Source of the DNA: Desulfurococcaceae archaeon
Lineage (GTDB): Archaea; Thermoproteota; Thermoprotei_A; Sulfolobales; Desulfurococcaceae
DNA length: 64,000 nt
Direction of reading: 5' to 3'
Assembly (NCBI GenBank): GCA_038824035.1
Contig: JAWBBW010000001.1
Span: 64,001 to 128,000, forward strand
Shown: piece by piece, positions 30,594-39,035 of the stretch
Numbering within the stretch: position 1 is the stretch's first letter
Layout of the letters: each line of letters begins with the position of its first letter
Translations under genes and position numbers: made by a program
The notes under the pieces: generated by a model
Seen by the model: only the letters and a program-made list of their open reading frames with translations
Told to the model about the DNA's origin: nothing
Database searches by the model: none

Positions 30594-30617
30594 TTATATT
30601 TATGATCATAAATATAA
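30594..30617. promoter_or_regulatory. Perfect 24-bp palindrome, putative PadR operator over the padR-ino1 promoter
   Basis: TTATATTTATGATCATAAATATAA equals its own reverse complement; 8-31 nt upstream of the padR start. Confidence 0.7.
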
Positions 30618-30668
30618 ATGTTTACCGTGAATGTCCCAGGCGAAGATGTGAACTGGGTTTACAAGGGT

Positions 30669-31937
30669 TTATGGGACAATTCTAGTCCGGTCTCTGACAA
30701 ATAACACTGCCTCCCTTATGTTCTCCAGGCCCAGGATCTTCATCAACAATCTCTCAATACCCAGTCCGAACCCGCCATGTGGTGGTATACCGTATTTGAA
30801 TGCCTCTAGGTAGAACTCGAAATCAGCTGGGTCTAGGCCTTTATCCCTTATAGCCTCTATTAGTTTTTCATACCTATGTTCTCTCTGCCCACCACTCGCT
30901 ATTTCCAACCCTTTAAAATCAAGATCGAATTTCCTAGTATACACGCCGTCCTCCTCTCTCATGTAGTAAAACGCTGTTGAACTCCATGGAAAACCCACTA
31001 TGAAATATAGGACATGTCCCTTGCTCTCCATGATCTCCCCTAGTTTCCTCTCAGCTTGATCGCTGAGATCCTCGTTCTCGGGGACATCGATGCCCTCGTT
31101 CCTGAGTATATCTATTGCCTCCGTGAACTTGATTCTCTTGACAGGTGTAGTGATCTTAGGGGGCTCTACACCGAGTAATTCTAATTCCTCTTTGTAATTC
31201 CTAGCCACGTGGTCGATTATATATGCGATCAGGTTTTCCAAGGTATTCATGACATCCTCCACGCCATCTATAAACCCTTGTTCAACATCTATTCCCCATG
31301 ATTCATTCAAATGCCTGGGTGTATTGAATTTCTCGGCCCTGAAATAAGGGGTGATCTCATATACTTTCGTGAAACCATTGATCAACATTTGTTTATACAA
31401 TTGAGGGCTTTGGCTTAGAAAAGCATTTCTCTCGAAATACTCGACCTTGAACAGAGTTGCACCGCCCTCTGCCCCGGCAGCGACAATTTTCGGTGTCTGG
31501 ATCTCTGTGAACCCGTTTCTCTCAAGATATTCACGAGCGGCTTTGATAACTCCTGCCCTGATCCTGAATATAGCCTTTTCAACGGGGTTTCTCAATAACA
31601 ACCACCTATACTTGATCCGCGTATCCAGCAATGTGGGAACTTTTCCAACAGTGTCCACGGGCAATGGCTCCCTCGGAGTAGAGTATATCATTATCCTGGA
31701 TACCTGGTATTCAACCCCTCTCTTGCTTCTCTGTGTTTCTGAGACTTGTCCTTCAAAACACAAGGCTGTACCAATATCGATGTTTTTCGCCAAATTATAC
31801 AGCTCAGGGTCTCTGTCTTGTTTTAAAACCAATACATTTATTTTGACAGTGTCATCGGCTGTTTCCAAGATAAGTACCTTGCCCACGGCGACTTTCCTGA
31901 TTACCCAGCCACATTTTCTCTCCAAGTAGTTCACCAT
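30669..31937 (-). CDS. aspS: Aspartate--tRNA ligase (archaeal type)
   Basis: AEGGATLF, LSQSPQLYKQ, FRAE, EIASGGQR, PPHGGFGLGIER. Confidence 0.96.
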   Translation of the reverse strand: MVNYLERKCGWVIRKVAVGKVLILETADDTVKINVLVLKQDRDPELYNLAKNIDIGTALCFEGQVSETQRSKRGVEYQVSRIMIYSTPREPLPVDTVGKVPTLLDTRIKYRWLLLRNPVEKAIFRIRAGVIKAAREYLERNGFTEIQTPKIVAAGAEGGATLFKVEYFERNAFLSQSPQLYKQMLINGFTKVYEITPYFRAEKFNTPRHLNESWGIDVEQGFIDGVEDVMNTLENLIAYIIDHVARNYKEELELLGVEPPKITTPVKRIKFTEAIDILRNEGIDVPENEDLSDQAERKLGEIMESKGHVLYFIVGFPWSSTAFYYMREEDGVYTRKFDLDFKGLEIASGGQREHRYEKLIEAIRDKGLDPADFEFYLEAFKYGIPPHGGFGLGIERLLMKILGLENIREAVLFVRDRTRIVP

Positions 31938-32019
31938 GAATATTTGATGATATTGTTAATATTACAATACTGGCCTCTCAGTTTAAATTTTATAAGAAGC
32001 CTGGACAAATAATTAAAAT

Positions 32020-32159
32020 GGGCCAAACGTCCCCTCCCCATCTGCCAGGACCCGGTTTTAATGAAACGGTCACTGTCGAAGAACCGGGCATCCCTGGATG
32101 GGGGGAAACCGGGTACCCGAGGGATTAACCTGGCAGGATACCCGGGGGACGGGCTAGTC
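32020..32159 (+). ncRNA. Structured ncRNA: K-turn H/ACA-like hairpin plus second hairpin, enclosed by a BHB-like motif
   Basis: GC-rich island in an AT-rich intergenic region; almost every base assignable to a helix, K-turn or pocket; upstream TTTATAA and downstream pyrimidine tract. Confidence 0.75.
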
Positions 32160-32271
32160 TCTCGTTTCCTCTCTTCTATGAAATCGTTTCAATAATGATC
32201 TCTCGACGCTTAAAACCATATAATGACGATGAGGATAGAATGGCGGGGCCGGGGATACGACCCCGGTCTGA

Positions 32272-32372
32272 TAGCGGGGGGTGGATTTGAACCACCGACC
32301 TCGGGGTTATGAGCTTCGCGGGGCCTGTTTCAACGGCGCCTCCCGCGGGCTACCAGGCTGCCCTACCCCGCT
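32272..32372 (-). tRNA. Initiator tRNA-Met(CAT) with 27-nt non-canonical intron at 30/31 (32315-32341)
   Basis: A1-U72 acceptor AGCGGGG/CCCCGCT; G29G30G31:C39C40C41 restored after splicing; BHB helix CGCG/CGCG with GGA and AAG bulges; 74 nt mature. Confidence 0.92.
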
Positions 32373-32447
32373 ACTCAGCCCCGCCGTTTTTTAAATTATA
32401 GTAGAAAAGGGTGTTTTAAACCCTATGTCTTTGTCTAAGTTTCCGGT

Positions 32448-33212
32448 TTATTTTAACACACTTAAAGGGGTAAATACCTTAGCTGGGTAGAAGGGAAGTA
32501 TATGCCTAGTTGTCTTAGGAGGGAAGACATATCCTTCCTTGACCTTTGACACCACAATTTCTTTGGTCAATGCTCTGCGGATAAATATGTATGATAACTT
32601 GTTCTCTATGATATCACTTACAGCATCGTTTATTTCCCCGTAATATATGAGCGATAAAAGCTCATTAGAACACAGCTTATCCAGGATACGTGTGACTAGT
32701 TTTTGCCCTTCTAATCCACCATTGATTTCGAAACAACTATCTTTACTTATCGCTATAAAAGATATGTTTTCGCTGAAAATATTGCTCCCGGAGATTATGT
32801 CTCCTAGCCCATGTCCACATTTCTCGACATCAATGCCTTTCTTCGATAACTCCTCTATGATGTGATGCATATCCCCAGTGATGCCTGGATACCATGTTTT
32901 TAGCTCAATACTGGGATTGAAGTAATCAACTATGACCGAGGGTATTTTGGTTAAACCAAGGTTCTTGACAGCTGCCCATCTATGATGGCCATCTATGATC
33001 ATGTATTTGCCTTGGCTATTTATAGGAGATATCACTATTGGCATATCAACTGCTTTATCCTTTAAAAATCTCTTTATTAAGCCGTCCAGCCTTGACTCAA
33101 CGATTTCCTCGTGGATCACTAGTTTATCGATATCCATTAGCAATGGTTCAATTACAATGTATGGTATGTGTAGACTAGGGATCTTGATTGATATCTCACA
33201 ACGTGATCCCAA
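32448..33212 (-). CDS. serK: Free serine kinase SerK (ParB/Srx-like fold)
   Basis: IHEE, IIDGHHRW, WYP, FPPKTTRH; co-located with a serA-like gene and a class V aminotransferase. Confidence 0.8.
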   Translation of the reverse strand: MGSRCEISIKIPSLHIPYIVIEPLLMDIDKLVIHEEIVESRLDGLIKRFLKDKAVDMPIVISPINSQGKYMIIDGHHRWAAVKNLGLTKIPSVIVDYFNPSIELKTWYPGITGDMHHIIEELSKKGIDVEKCGHGLGDIISGSNIFSENISFIAISKDSCFEINGGLEGQKLVTRILDKLCSNELLSLIYYGEINDAVSDIIENKLSYIFIRRALTKEIVVSKVKEGYVFPPKTTRHILPFYPAKVFTPLSVLK

Positions 33213-33213
33213 G

Positions 33214-34143
33214 CTATTGGGTCACCTTTGCGAAGAAATCTATCAGTTTCTGCGCTATCTCTAATCCAGCTCTTTCCTGTGCCTCCCATGTATTAGCACC
33301 TATATGGGCTGTTAACACGACGTTGTCGAGCAATGTCAATGGATGATTTGGTGGCAATGGTTCTTCCTCGAAGACGTCTAGCCCGGCTCCAGCGATCCAG
33401 CCATTTTTCAACGCCTTGATGAGCGCGTCAGTGTCGACAACGCCTCCCCTGGACGTGTTTATCAATATCGCTGTCCTTTTCATCAATTTCAATCTCTCCT
33501 CATTGATCAAGTGCCTTGTCTCGGTGGTCAATGGCACGTGGATCGTGACTACATCGGCCTCTCTGAGCAAGCTCTCGAGATCCCTGTACTCAGCGCCCAC
33601 CTCTTTTTCTATATCCTCATGTCTTCTCCTACTGTGGTATAGGACCCTCATGTTGAATCCATATCTAGCTATCCTGGCCACGGCTGTTCCTATTCTCCCA
33701 GCCCCTATTATTCCAATGACTTTGCCATGGAGTTCAAAGCCCATGGCATGTTTTTTGGGCCATTCACCAGCTCTAATAGCCCTGTCACAGTAGGATATTT
33801 TCCTGAGAACATCAAGTATTAACCCAATGGTTAATTCGGCAACGCTTATCACGGAGGATTCTGGTGCGTTGAGCACTGTTATACCTCTTTTCTTGGCAGT
33901 CTCCACGTCTATGTTATCCAGGCCTATTCCAGCCCTCGCAATGACCTTTAATACATCTGCTGCCTCTATGACCTCCCTTGTCACACGTGGCTTGCTCCTA
34001 ACCACGATAGCGTCATATCCTTTGATCATCCTAACCAAATCCCTTTCACTCGGCTCATCCACCACGTCAACGTTAAACCCGTTCTTAACCAGGAGTTCTA
34101 TGGCCTTTTCATGGATTTTACTGGCAACTAGTACCTTGGCCAT
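33214..34143 (-). CDS. serA: D-3-phosphoglycerate / D-2-hydroxyacid dehydrogenase
   Basis: ARAGIGLDNID, GAGRIG, HVPLT, INTSRG, LDVFEEEP, AHIGA. Confidence 0.85.
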   Translation of the reverse strand: MAKVLVASKIHEKAIELLVKNGFNVDVVDEPSERDLVRMIKGYDAIVVRSKPRVTREVIEAADVLKVIARAGIGLDNIDVETAKKRGITVLNAPESSVISVAELTIGLILDVLRKISYCDRAIRAGEWPKKHAMGFELHGKVIGIIGAGRIGTAVARIARYGFNMRVLYHSRRRHEDIEKEVGAEYRDLESLLREADVVTIHVPLTTETRHLINEERLKLMKRTAILINTSRGGVVDTDALIKALKNGWIAGAGLDVFEEEPLPPNHPLTLLDNVVLTAHIGANTWEAQERAGLEIAQKLIDFFAKVTQ

Positions 34144-34181
34144 TGAATCACCTTCAATAAGTTTAGTCTCACAAGGGGTAT

Positions 34182-35333
34182 TTACTTGTTAAGTGGTTTA
34201 TACCCCAGGCTTGTCAATACATCTCTCAACGCGTTGAACAATGCTTCGATGTCTTCATTTGTGAGATAACCCATATGGCCTATTCTGAATGTGCTATCTC
34301 TGAGCGCTCCATAGCCCTTAGCTATCTCGATGCCACGTTTCCTCATCTCATCATATATAACAGTGCCTTTCACACCGGGGGGATTATACACTACAGTTAT
34401 CGTGGGGCTGTAGTAACCTGGCTCGGCGAATAGCTTTAACCCAAGTTCTAATACTCCTTTTCTAATCCTCTCAGCTCTCTCCTCGTACATTTTAAGCCAT
34501 TTTTCCTTACCGCCCATTCTCTCCACGATCCTCAACACTACGTTAAGCCCAGTTATCTGTGGGATCGGGGGTGTTGTAGGGGTTGACCACTGTTTCAGGA
34601 GATATTCACGTATTTCGAGTAAGTCAAAATACAAGCCTCTCTCCGATATTTTCTTCGCCCTTTCAAACACCTCTTCGCTAACGGCCGCCATGGCTAATCC
34701 AGGGGGTATGCCAAATGCTTTCTGACTACTCGAGAAAACCAGGTCTAATCCCCATTGATCAACCCTTATATCGGCCGCCCCCATGGCTGACACAGCGTCG
34801 ACGAACACCAGTTTACCATGTTCCTTAGCTACCTTGGCCAGTTCACGCAATGGGTTCAATACACCGGTGCTGGTTTCATTATGGGTTATAGTCACTGCCT
34901 CCACATCTGGGTTTTTCTTGAGGTATTCATCGAGTTCTTCCGGTAATACTGGTTTACCCAAGGGTTTTTCGAGAACTATTGGAACACGTCCATTTCTCTC
35001 AACGGCTTCTCTGTACCTATGGCCAAATTCGCCTATCACGGTCACTAAGACCTTTCCACGAGGTGATATAGCGTTCCTTATACTGGCCTCCATGAACCCT
35101 GTCCCACTAGACGGTATGAGGAGTACCGTGGATTTCTCGGCTTCGAGGAACTTAGCCAATCTCATAACAGTGTCCCGGTGTAATTCCTGGTACTCTTTTG
35201 AACGATGGCTAATCATTTGGATCTTCATTGCCTCCAAGACCTCGGGGAAACAAGCAACAGGCCCAGCAGTGAATAACCTCATAGGCCTTGGCCACAGGAT
35301 CTTTTCCACCTCTTTTACAACATCTATATACAT
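34182..35333 (-). CDS. Class V PLP aminotransferase (serine-pyruvate / phosphoserine aminotransferase-like)
   Basis: FTAGP, ISHRS, HNETSTG, VDAVS, SSQKAF, FRIGHMG. Confidence 0.9.
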   Translation of the reverse strand: MYIDVVKEVEKILWPRPMRLFTAGPVACFPEVLEAMKIQMISHRSKEYQELHRDTVMRLAKFLEAEKSTVLLIPSSGTGFMEASIRNAISPRGKVLVTVIGEFGHRYREAVERNGRVPIVLEKPLGKPVLPEELDEYLKKNPDVEAVTITHNETSTGVLNPLRELAKVAKEHGKLVFVDAVSAMGAADIRVDQWGLDLVFSSSQKAFGIPPGLAMAAVSEEVFERAKKISERGLYFDLLEIREYLLKQWSTPTTPPIPQITGLNVVLRIVERMGGKEKWLKMYEERAERIRKGVLELGLKLFAEPGYYSPTITVVYNPPGVKGTVIYDEMRKRGIEIAKGYGALRDSTFRIGHMGYLTNEDIEALFNALRDVLTSLGYKPLNK

Positions 35334-35547
35334 ATGTGTATCCCTATTGAAATCTATACCGATAAATATAATGCATACCATGGGATATTTAAAAATGTCG
35401 GAGAAAACCAAATGGTCCCAGTCGCTCCACCTACATCATTTCTCAGCACGTTCCTGCACGGTCATCCCATACAATTTTTAGCAAACACCCTTTATAGCTA
35501 TATTACCTTGTCAACTCCATGATTATGTACACTGGCTGACTCAGGGG

Positions 35548-35913
35548 GTGTTTGCAATGAAGATATACTTGAATCTACGCGGCAAAAAGTGGATCATTGT
35601 CGAGGACGTATTAGAACAAGTGGTTATATCAAAGGGTAGGAAAACCCTGAGATACGTGTTAGTTGGATCATCGGTGAATAGCCCGAACCTCCCCGTGAGT
35701 AAAAATACCGATGGAAATAAATCACTCTTAGTACCAGCTAAGATAGTAAACAAGTTGATAATGAAATTGCTCAATAGGAAGCCCAAAGACCTAGAAGTGG
35801 TCTTGGATTATCATGATAAAGAACACTACTTACTGAGGACTTTGAGAGGAGATCCCAGTATTATCCTCGAAATACTCGATGAACTAGAAGGGAAAGACAG
35901 TGTTTCTAAGTAA
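35548..35913 (+). CDS. Hypothetical protein
   Basis: 121-aa ORF with GGGGGTG SD-like sequence. Confidence 0.65.
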   Translation: MFAMKIYLNLRGKKWIIVEDVLEQVVISKGRKTLRYVLVGSSVNSPNLPVSKNTDGNKSLLVPAKIVNKLIMKLLNRKPKDLEVVLDYHDKEHYLLRTLRGDPSIILEILDELEGKDSVSK

Positions 35914-35928
35914 AAAGGTATGTCAAGC

Positions 35929-36138
35929 CTATGTCTTAGCCAGGATCACATGTCTCTTGATCAAAACCTTGTCATCGGCCTTCTGTATTTCTAATCTCTC
36001 AATGTCCTGTCTATAGTTGCAGACTGGGCACTTGTAATACAAATATGCCTTCACGATACCTGTTCCAAGTTTCTCGGATTCATACACTATGTTCAAAACG
36101 TTCCCGTCCCTAGGGCATTTAACGCCTTCATTGCTCAT
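35929..36138 (-). CDS. Small Zn-ribbon protein
   Basis: CPRDG...CPVC. Confidence 0.65.
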   Translation of the reverse strand: MSNEGVKCPRDGNVLNIVYESEKLGTGIVKAYLYYKCPVCNYRQDIERLEIQKADDKVLIKRHVILAKT

Positions 36139-36230
36139 ATCGATCATCTCTTTTAACATGAATCCTTTACTTGGATTTGAAAACAAGGATTAATATCGAT
36201 AACCCGGGTAATATATAGCCTGGTGTTCAC

Positions 36231-37331
36231 ATGTATGAGAAAATCGTGGAGATAAGTGAGAGAAAGAACATCAGCTCCATCTTGATAACGGCACCTGATA
36301 ACATAGAGTACTTTACGGGAGTGGACCTTGTGGGAGGTGCAAACGCTGTTCTACACTACGAGAAGGGCAAAGGTTTCAGGATATATGTGCCTTTACTAGA
36401 GTACTATAGATTCAGGGACAGGGTTCCAAGCGAAATAGAGGTAATAGCGTTGTCCAAGAGAGTTAAACCCAGTGATATCGTAGTTGCCGAGAAAGACTGG
36501 AAAGATATATTCATGGAAATAGGTAACTCCTCTGAAAAAATCGGCGTCGATATCTCCCATTCATCTGGCTTCAACAGATTGATCAAGGAGGTGTTCGGGG
36601 AGAAAACGATCGATATATCCGAGGATATTTGGAGGAAAAGGATGATTAAGGATGAAAAAGAGATAAGGGCATTGGAGAACGCTGTCAAAGCCACCTTGAG
36701 CGGTATCAGGGCCATTCATTTATACTTGGCAGAAAACGTGAAAGAGTGTGAATTAGCCGGTATGTTCCAATATACTGTTACAAAGCTTGGCGCGAATAGG
36801 ATGTGCTTTGACCCCATCGTGGCATTTAAACCAAATAACACATACCCCCATACATTGCCAGGTAACCTGGTCCTTGGAAAGCGGAACTTGGTCTTAGTTG
36901 ATGTCGGGGTCAAAGTCAGAGGTAGATGTAGTGATGTGACTAGGATGATCGTATGGGGTAAGCCCAGCAAGGAGGAGAGGAAACACCTAGAGGTCGTGGA
37001 AGAAGCACTTGACCAAGCAGTGGACAGCGTTCAACCAGGTTCTAGGATAAGCGAGATACATGAGGCCGCTGTTAAGGTTCTCGAGAGATATGGATTAGGG
37101 GAGAGATTTATCCATGGCCTTGGCCATGGAGTTGGGGTCCTTGTTCACGAGCCACCCTACATAAGGCCGGATGACTCCAATGTACTTGAACCAGGGATGG
37201 TTATCACAATAGAGCCAGGAGTGTACTTTAAGGGCAAATACGGCATTAGATTAGAGGACATGGTACTCGTTACCAAGAAAGGTGCCAGGATCTTATCGAG
37301 GAAACTGGAAAGAGTGTTAACACCTTATTGA
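36231..37331 (+). CDS. Xaa-Pro dipeptidase/aminopeptidase (M24B)
   Basis: VDVG..SDVTR, HGLGHGVG..HEPP, TIEPG, RLED. Confidence 0.93.
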   Translation: MYEKIVEISERKNISSILITAPDNIEYFTGVDLVGGANAVLHYEKGKGFRIYVPLLEYYRFRDRVPSEIEVIALSKRVKPSDIVVAEKDWKDIFMEIGNSSEKIGVDISHSSGFNRLIKEVFGEKTIDISEDIWRKRMIKDEKEIRALENAVKATLSGIRAIHLYLAENVKECELAGMFQYTVTKLGANRMCFDPIVAFKPNNTYPHTLPGNLVLGKRNLVLVDVGVKVRGRCSDVTRMIVWGKPSKEERKHLEVVEEALDQAVDSVQPGSRISEIHEAAVKVLERYGLGERFIHGLGHGVGVLVHEPPYIRPDDSNVLEPGMVITIEPGVYFKGKYGIRLEDMVLVTKKGARILSRKLERVLTPY

Positions 37332-38152
37332 ATAAATAGCCTAGGTAACAGGGATTTGTAAAAAGGGTCCAGGATAACTATTTTTTCAATTAACCCCAGT
37401 TCATCCACTTTGATCAGATCCAGAGATGGCCTGGAATAGCATAAAGGAGTTTTCATGCTCACCGCGATGGCGACGGCTACGGCTATGTCTATGTTTCTCA
37501 ATTTACCTGTTAAGTGTATAAAGCCGTTGATAAAGCCCAAGGCGGCGTAAATGGCCTCGAGCGATGCAGCCCCCATGATCCTTGTCTTAACCCTCATTCC
37601 TAGTTCTTTGAAATACCTATCGATAACATTGATCTCATCTATGTCCTCGGAGTAAATAGAGAACACGTGGTTATCCCTGTCCAGATAAGTATTGATCCTA
37701 ACTCCATTAACGAACACAGTTGCATTGAACACTTCGTAAATATCCCTGGTGAAAATGTTCTCGACCACGCCGTATATAGGCTTCGTATATGTAGCACGTG
37801 GATCGCCATTTACCCGGTAGATCGCCATGGATACAGCTGCAAAGGGGATTTGGGATACATAATTCGCACTGCCATCTAGTGGGTCTAATAACACTATGTA
37901 ATCTGGCTTTTCACATAGTTTATAGAGACCTCTTTCCTCGCTCACAACCCATGTCTTTAAACCGGTCTTATGTATGGCATCGATGGCGTAGTCCTCGGCT
38001 ATGATGTCTATTTTCCTCGTTAAATCGCCCATGACGTTCTCGCCTATAACCACACTGTATTGATCCAGTCCATAGTGATCCCTGAGAAGCCCTGCAATAT
38101 CACTTGCTATGTCCTTAATGACCCTTGGTAAATCGATATCAGTGCTCAACAC
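37325..38152 (-). CDS. Inositol monophosphatase / FBPase (FIG superfamily)
   Basis: SEE, LDPLDGSAN, RIMGAAS, DIA. Confidence 0.88.
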   Translation of the reverse strand: MLSTDIDLPRVIKDIASDIAGLLRDHYGLDQYSVVIGENVMGDLTRKIDIIAEDYAIDAIHKTGLKTWVVSEERGLYKLCEKPDYIVLLDPLDGSANYVSQIPFAAVSMAIYRVNGDPRATYTKPIYGVVENIFTRDIYEVFNATVFVNGVRINTYLDRDNHVFSIYSEDIDEINVIDRYFKELGMRVKTRIMGAASLEAIYAALGFINGFIHLTGKLRNIDIAVAVAIAVSMKTPLCYSRPSLDLIKVDELGLIEKIVILDPFYKSLLPRLFIQ

Positions 38153-38219
38153 ATCCCCCTGTTTCGAATAGGCTGTAATGTATTTTTAATCTTTCACGCA
38201 ATTTCTAAATAATGGCAAA

Positions 38220-38293
38220 GCCGCCGTAGCTCAGCCTGGTGGAGCGCTGCCCTGGTAAGGCAGAGGTCCCGGGTTCAAATCCCGGCGGCGGCT
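38220..38293 (+). tRNA. tRNA-Thr(GGT)
   Basis: GCCGCCG/CGGCGGC-T acceptor, CTGCC-CTGGTAA-GGCAG anticodon arm. Confidence 0.96.
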
Positions 38294-38311
38294 TTGCTCG
38301 TGAATAAGGGC

Positions 38312-38668
38312 TTATTCTGCCCTGAATCTACGTATCTTTACACCTTTTTCCTTGCAAAACTTGTAAACATCTTCTGGTAGCTCTACGCCCCCATATATAA
38401 CCAGTATTGGCTTGGCCCGGATTAGTTTGCTCTTCTCCAAGAACTTCTCAACACTTGATATGGATAGGTCCTTCTTTGAGTCAACAACCTCTATGGCTAA
38501 GACCTCCCCCTTATTCCCCCTAGCCAATATCTCAATGGCACCGTGTCTAGTTGGGTGATTCAACTCCACGCTATAGCCAGCTTTCACATATCTTGAAGCC
38601 ACTTTGCCTATTACACCATACCTGTCTTCGAGTATTTTAGCCAGATAAGCAAGCCTGGGTGTAGTCAT
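38312..38668 (-). CDS. PD-(D/E)XK restriction-endonuclease-like protein
   Basis: GYSVE...IEILA...LAIEV fold pattern; start trimmed to ATG 38668 because the longer ORF reads through tRNA-His. Confidence 0.6.
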   Translation of the reverse strand: MTTPRLAYLAKILEDRYGVIGKVASRYVKAGYSVELNHPTRHGAIEILARGNKGEVLAIEVVDSKKDLSISSVEKFLEKSKLIRAKPILVIYGGVELPEDVYKFCKEKGVKIRRFRAE

Positions 38669-38761
38669 ATCTGACCACCGGGAGAATATAGTTATATTGG
38701 ATAATGGTATAAAAGCTGTATAACCATGATCGCGGAAAGAAATTGTACAGCAATTGAAAAG

Positions 38762-38860
38762 GGCCCGGGCCGGGATTTGAACCCGGGACCTCCGGGTTTC
38801 CATCCCCCTCATATCGGGGTCCACAGCCCGGCGCTCTAACCAGGCTGAGCTACCCGGGCC
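38762..38860 (-). tRNA. tRNA-His(GTG) with genome-encoded G-1 and 23-nt 37/38 intron (38798-38820)
   Basis: G-GCCCGGG/CCCGGGC-C; CCGGG-CTGTGG^A-CCCGG; BHB-like CTGT/ATGG. Confidence 0.93.
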
Positions 38861-38872
38861 ACTTTTACATGG

Positions 38873-38940
38873 GAGTCGTGGCCCAAGTTCATCATCGCTT
38901 GATAGCTCCTTGTTCGGGCCCTTTTCCAGCCTCATTATAT
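38873..38940 (-). ncRNA. Candidate box C/D sRNA upstream of tRNA-His
   Basis: Minus strand: ATAATGA, CCGA, ATGATGA, ACGA in C-D'-C'-D order. Confidence 0.35.
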
Positions 38941-39035
38941 TAAATGTGATTTTATAGGAGTTTTAATATTTTACCCCTTTATCACAACAACTTGTTTTTA
39001 ACCAAAACATATTTGACATATATAAGGGGTGCATT

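Noticed and set aside
32020-32159. Minus-strand orientation of the structured RNA
   Set aside because: One C-A mismatch would become G-U on minus, but the K-turn, AAA box, BHB geometry, TATA and pyrimidine tract fit the + strand
32020-32170. Identity of the structured RNA as 5S rRNA, SRP RNA or RNase P RNA
   Set aside because: Lacks their conserved sequence motifs; too short for SRP or RNase P RNA; a minus-strand GAGGAAAC has no P4 partner
32226-32271. ACGATGA...CTGA as a + strand C/D sRNA antisense to the tRNA-iMet trailer
   Set aside because: No internal boxes; better explained by leader-trailer pairing, though not excluded
34783-35481. 232-aa antisense ORF and similar shadow ORFs (14153-14746, 31447-31929, 45262-45759)
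   Set aside because: Lie opposite well-supported genes and carry no recognisable motifs
38220-38860. Integrated element at the tRNA genes
   Set aside because: No integrase and no duplicated tRNA 3' end seen
38669-38935. N-terminal extension of ORF 38312..38935
   Set aside because: Reads through tRNA-His; artefact
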